The notes under the pieces were generated by a model. It was not told where the DNA came from, made no database searches, and worked only from the letters and a program-made list of their open reading frames with translations. A DNA stretch of 59,573 nucleotides, filler included, from Asterionella formosa (Eukaryota): the NCBI GenBank assembly GCA_002256025.1. It is 5 parts of 5 records of this genome, joined end to end, with 100 filler letters (N's around TTAATTAATTAA, not from the genome) between each part and the next. Parts side by side here need not be neighbours in the genome. Positions count along the whole stretch, not along the records: positions 47,748 to 59,573 come from NKIB01008148.1; 4 more parts are not named here. One strand, 5' to 3'. Shown here one piece after another: positions 59,183-59,573 of this stretch; the first letter of the stretch is position 1; every line of letters starts with the position of its first letter. The position numbers were made by a program, and so were the translations under genes.

Positions 59183-59573
59183 TACGTCTGCAAATAGAAA
59201 ACATCTAATTCGTGTGATGCATCTTATATTGGCGATCATAGCTATGATCATATAAATTCGATTTATCATCTAATATAAATAATATTTATCATCATAGAGA
59301 ATATTGTAAGCGTATATACATGGAACATGTATTTTTTTATGTTTACCATCACTGGCTAAAAACATGAACAACCGATCAATCTGAATTTTAATCATTCGTG
59401 TTGCATTAGGCGGTATTTGCCGCCTAGGCTAGTCATTCCCTCCTATACCATTGTTTTGTGGGCGGGCATGGGGACTTGAGGTGATGGTGGTAGGTGGTCC
59501 TGTGACAGAACCGGTATCGCTGATGATGGTACCAGTCGTCAAGGGGTAGGGTGTGGGGTGCGGGAATGTGGGG

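Overview
Eukaryotic, intron-containing genomic DNA, most consistent with a diatom: short GT-AG introns with CTRAC-like branch points, protein families typical of diatoms, and CoDi-like copia elements. Five segments are joined by artificial 100-nt spacers (N44-TTAATTAATTAA-N44), so adjacency across the spacers is not evidence of linkage. Eleven host genes are supported: a DDX60/Ski2-like helicase, a mucin-TM-PDZ surface protein, an FAD-oxidoreductase/cyclopropane-synthase-type methyltransferase fusion, an organelle-targeted alanyl-tRNA synthetase, a PWWP-like protein, a stand-alone short LOV protein, a type II LRR receptor-like protein with recent internal duplications, a BTB protein, an M1AP-like protein, a GT92-like glycosyltransferase and a CRAL-TRIO protein. 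Mobile DNA includes a nested stack: a copia element with a 118-bp LTR inserted into the tyrosine recombinase of a DIRS/Ngaro-like retroelement, next to a Plavaka-like DNA transposon remnant. There is also a decayed Harbinger transposase, a second decayed copia element and three copies of an 84-bp MITE in promoter regions. No rRNA, tRNA or CRISPR array was recognised. All family assignments come from motif recognition by eye, not from database searches.
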